Below are positions 61,428 through 64,000 of a stretch of 64,000 nt of DNA, piece after piece (positions within the stretch are counted from its first letter, which is position 1; the number at the start of each line of letters is the position of its first letter). Made by a program: the position numbers and the translations under genes. The notes beneath the pieces were generated by a model. It had not been told where the DNA came from, ran no database searches, and saw only the letters and a program-made list of their open reading frames with translations. Location: assembly GCA_037379345.1 (NCBI GenBank), contig CM074517.1, positions 35,898,001 to 35,962,000 of the forward strand, in the 5' to 3' direction. Origin of the DNA: Perna viridis (Eukaryota).

Positions 61428-63790
61428 AGAGTAATCAAGGGAACCAAGGTTATAACGGTAATCAAAAGAATGTAATCCAGGGACAAAGACCAGACATGGA
61501 AAACAGACATACACAACAAAGAACATAAAGTAATTAAAATCATACACACAAAGTAACAAAAGTAAATGAGCAACTTGGACTCCACTAAAAACTGGGAGCA
61601 TGGACCAGGTGCACCGGTAGGGTAAGCGTCCTCTGCTTTTCTAGAAACACCCGCCGAGTTGCTCATAAAAAGTCAAGTCCGGGGTAGACAAACGAGGAAA
61701 GGAAAACCATGACCTGTTGAATAAATCAGTTTTCATGGTGCTGATGGATACACCATAACGATCCATGAGTTCATGATGACGACCATAAAACTTCTGTAGT
61801 GATGACATCAATCTTGTAGCAACATAACCCTGTTCCAGAAGCCTATTTGTTAGAGTTCTAGCACGATACAAAAAGTCTGTGTAGTTTCGGCAAGCTCTGG
61901 CATAACGTATGAGTTGTGATATGAACACTCCATAGCAGGAACCGAAGGGATGTTGCCATAGATGAAAGGAAATTTGACAATTCTGAATGAAGTCATCACG
62001 TTTGTCATAGTTTGGTCAATAGTTTTCCTTTACCATCGATTTCTAAGTGTAGGTCAAGATATGAGGCTGACTTCACAGTGTTTGTTGTATCCTTTATCTC
62101 AACTTCTTTTGGGTAGATGCGATGTATCAAATCCCCAAAATTAGGATTGTTTAAAGATAATATGTCATCTACATAGTGGAAACTGAGATTGGAGGATCTA
62201 GCCAAACGATATTCTTTCTTTCCGATCAGATCAGCTATAAAGTCAGCCTCATAAGAGTGAAGGAATAGGTCAGCAAGTAAAGGAGCACAATTTGTTCCCA
62301 TAGGAATGCCGACCATTTGTTGAAAAACACGTCCATCACACTGGACAAATATGTTGTCGATTAAAAATTCCAACATTTTGTAAACATCTTCCTCTGTATA
62401 TTTGGAAGATGATTTGGAATTATTTCTTACAAAGTATGAGGAATCTCTACCAAGAACTATATATTTGTATCTCGGCGTACCATCTTTTTTGGAAAAACAA
62501 TGATGTATAATGTTTTTAAGTCGGGATTTTGACTGAGTATGGGGAATAGAAGTATACATTGTTGAAAAATCATAGGTTTTAATGCTATTATATTCAGATA
62601 ATAGTCTTGAACTGATTGTCTCCAAAAAATCTTTCGAATTTTTCAGGATCCACATTGAATTAATACCACTACGGGAGTAACAAGTGTTGTGGAAGGACTG
62701 CAGACCCTCTTTGACAGTTGTGAGTATAGAAGTTAAAAGTTTTGGAAGAGGTTTGGTGGTACATTTTGCAGATCCAGCTATGAAACGTTGTTTGTATGGA
62801 TTCTTGTGAAGTTTAGGAATCCAGTACATAGACGGTAAATCACATTCATCATCCTTGGTAGAAAGACCAAAAGAGGATAGCACAGATTTATGGTTATCCA
62901 CAATCTCTTCTTTGGAGAGAATGGTAGCAGTATAGGTCTTATCACTGCTATTATTTTCTACGTCTACCTCTGATAATAAACATTGGATATAAAACGTTTT
63001 GCAGACAAAAACAATGTTGTTTTGGGCTTTGTCTGCTGATACAAAAACATATTTGTCATGTATAGTAGACAATGTTTTTCCTACATCGGGGTCTTTGAAA
63101 ACTGATGTAGCCTTGGCACTCATTGACCAACTTTCATTTGTTTTAAAATCAAAGACCTCACGGCCTTTAACCATTCTGACAGAGAATCAATGTCTTCTTG
63201 TTCTCGTTTTATCTATTTTCTTGCATAGTCCTCGACGGCATCCATAAGAACTTTAAAGTTAAAATTCCAATTTATGGAGCGTGGTTCATGGTACTTGGGA
63301 CCTTTAGAAAGTATATTACGCAGAGATTCGTTTTCGATAATGGTTAAATCTCCCGTAACGACGTGACCAGAAGGACCATATCTGAATGGAGAGATTTTGC
63401 AAGAACAGTCAGGTGGTTTAGCCTTGAAGTCCTCAATCTCGAGGTTCTGCAATAGCCTTTTATAATAGAAAATTTTGGATGCGATGGGTGAAGTATAGGA
63501 ATATGAAATAATTGGTATGGATTTGTCTTTGAAATATAGGGGGATTTTGTTGGTAATGTTTTTGTGATGAAGGATGTTAGCCAAATTAATTGCATCTATA
63601 CCTTTGTTGACAAACGGTAATGACTTTTCACACAAACTGGTTTAAAGAGTCTGTGGAAACCAATATCCAAAATGATGACAAGAAGTCTGTATAATGATGA
63701 GGTGGGGGTCAGAAACAGGAGTGCCAAGACTTGTTTTGTAAAGGGAGTGTAGTAGAGTGAGAGGTATAGAATAGAGTTTGGTTCTAATGC
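61428..63790 (-). mobile_element. Longest Naiad-like Penelope copy (5'-truncated): Cys/His motif, full RT and 3' UTR
   Basis: DCSC..PF..GHVVTGDL, SKGPKY, ADKAQNN, YWIPKLHK, YDFSTMYT.IPH, GIPMGTNCAP, YVDD, SYLDL, ISQLIRYARAC. There is no C-terminal GIY-YIG, consistent with the permuted Naiad/Chlamys architecture. Confidence 0.88.
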
Positions 63791-64000
63791 CAGTAATGGT
63801 GTTCGAATTAATGTTTCTTCAGGAGCAATTAAGATTTCACCTTTCTCTTGTTATCCTTAGTTTACTACAAAATATACCGTTCAATTAATGAATGAATATC
63901 CACACCGAAGCCCACTGATAACTATCAATAGAAACAGTGAAAGAAATATCTGTAAGTTTGCTTAGGCGCTGCCATCTTGAAAAAAATAAACACGACAACT

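Noticed and set aside
61565-61666. SECIS interpretation of the AUGA-starting hairpin (some Naiads encode selenoproteins)
   Set aside because: The AUGA is fully Watson-Crick paired rather than forming a GA quartet, and I saw no in-frame UGA in the long RT ORF 62005-63174.
63841-63980. YY1-like AAGATGGC on the minus strand and a possible non-coding first exon of the C1orf131-like gene
   Set aside because: Plausible, but it rests on short motifs only and needs transcript data.

Overview
This is AT-rich animal genomic DNA; the repeat families point to a bivalve mollusc. Bases 1-12011 are a GC-rich, nearly complete but decayed Polinton/Maverick (adintovirus-like) endogenous virus. Its right terminal inverted repeat (TIR) ends in ...ACTACT, and the window edge cuts the left TIR about 69 bp from its end. 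It carries a protein-primed PolB polyprotein (Zn/HeH leader, terminal protein, vOTU, HNH insert), an adenain protease, a Zn-finger/PLA2/integrase unit, an A32 ATPase, major and minor capsid proteins, putative core/membrane-lytic proteins, a probable OB-fold SSB, and an unannotated Zn-finger paralogue of the PolB leader. The most striking signal is that every plus-strand virion or morphogenesis gene is preceded by the motif TA(G/A)ATAAAT(G), which resembles a poxvirus late promoter and suggests dependence on a helper virus. The rest is host DNA with three spliced minus-strand genes rebuilt by hand: an orphan single-pass membrane protein, a CHST11/HNK-1ST-family sulfotransferase and a C1orf131/DUF4602 homologue. 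It also holds more than 12 fragments of one Naiad-like Penelope family with a structured 3' end, a Neptune-like Penelope element with a minimal hammerhead ribozyme, a CR1/L2 LINE fragment, pearl/HINE-like elements, MITEs and a 153-N gap. All calls come from reading motifs by eye; no database searches were run.
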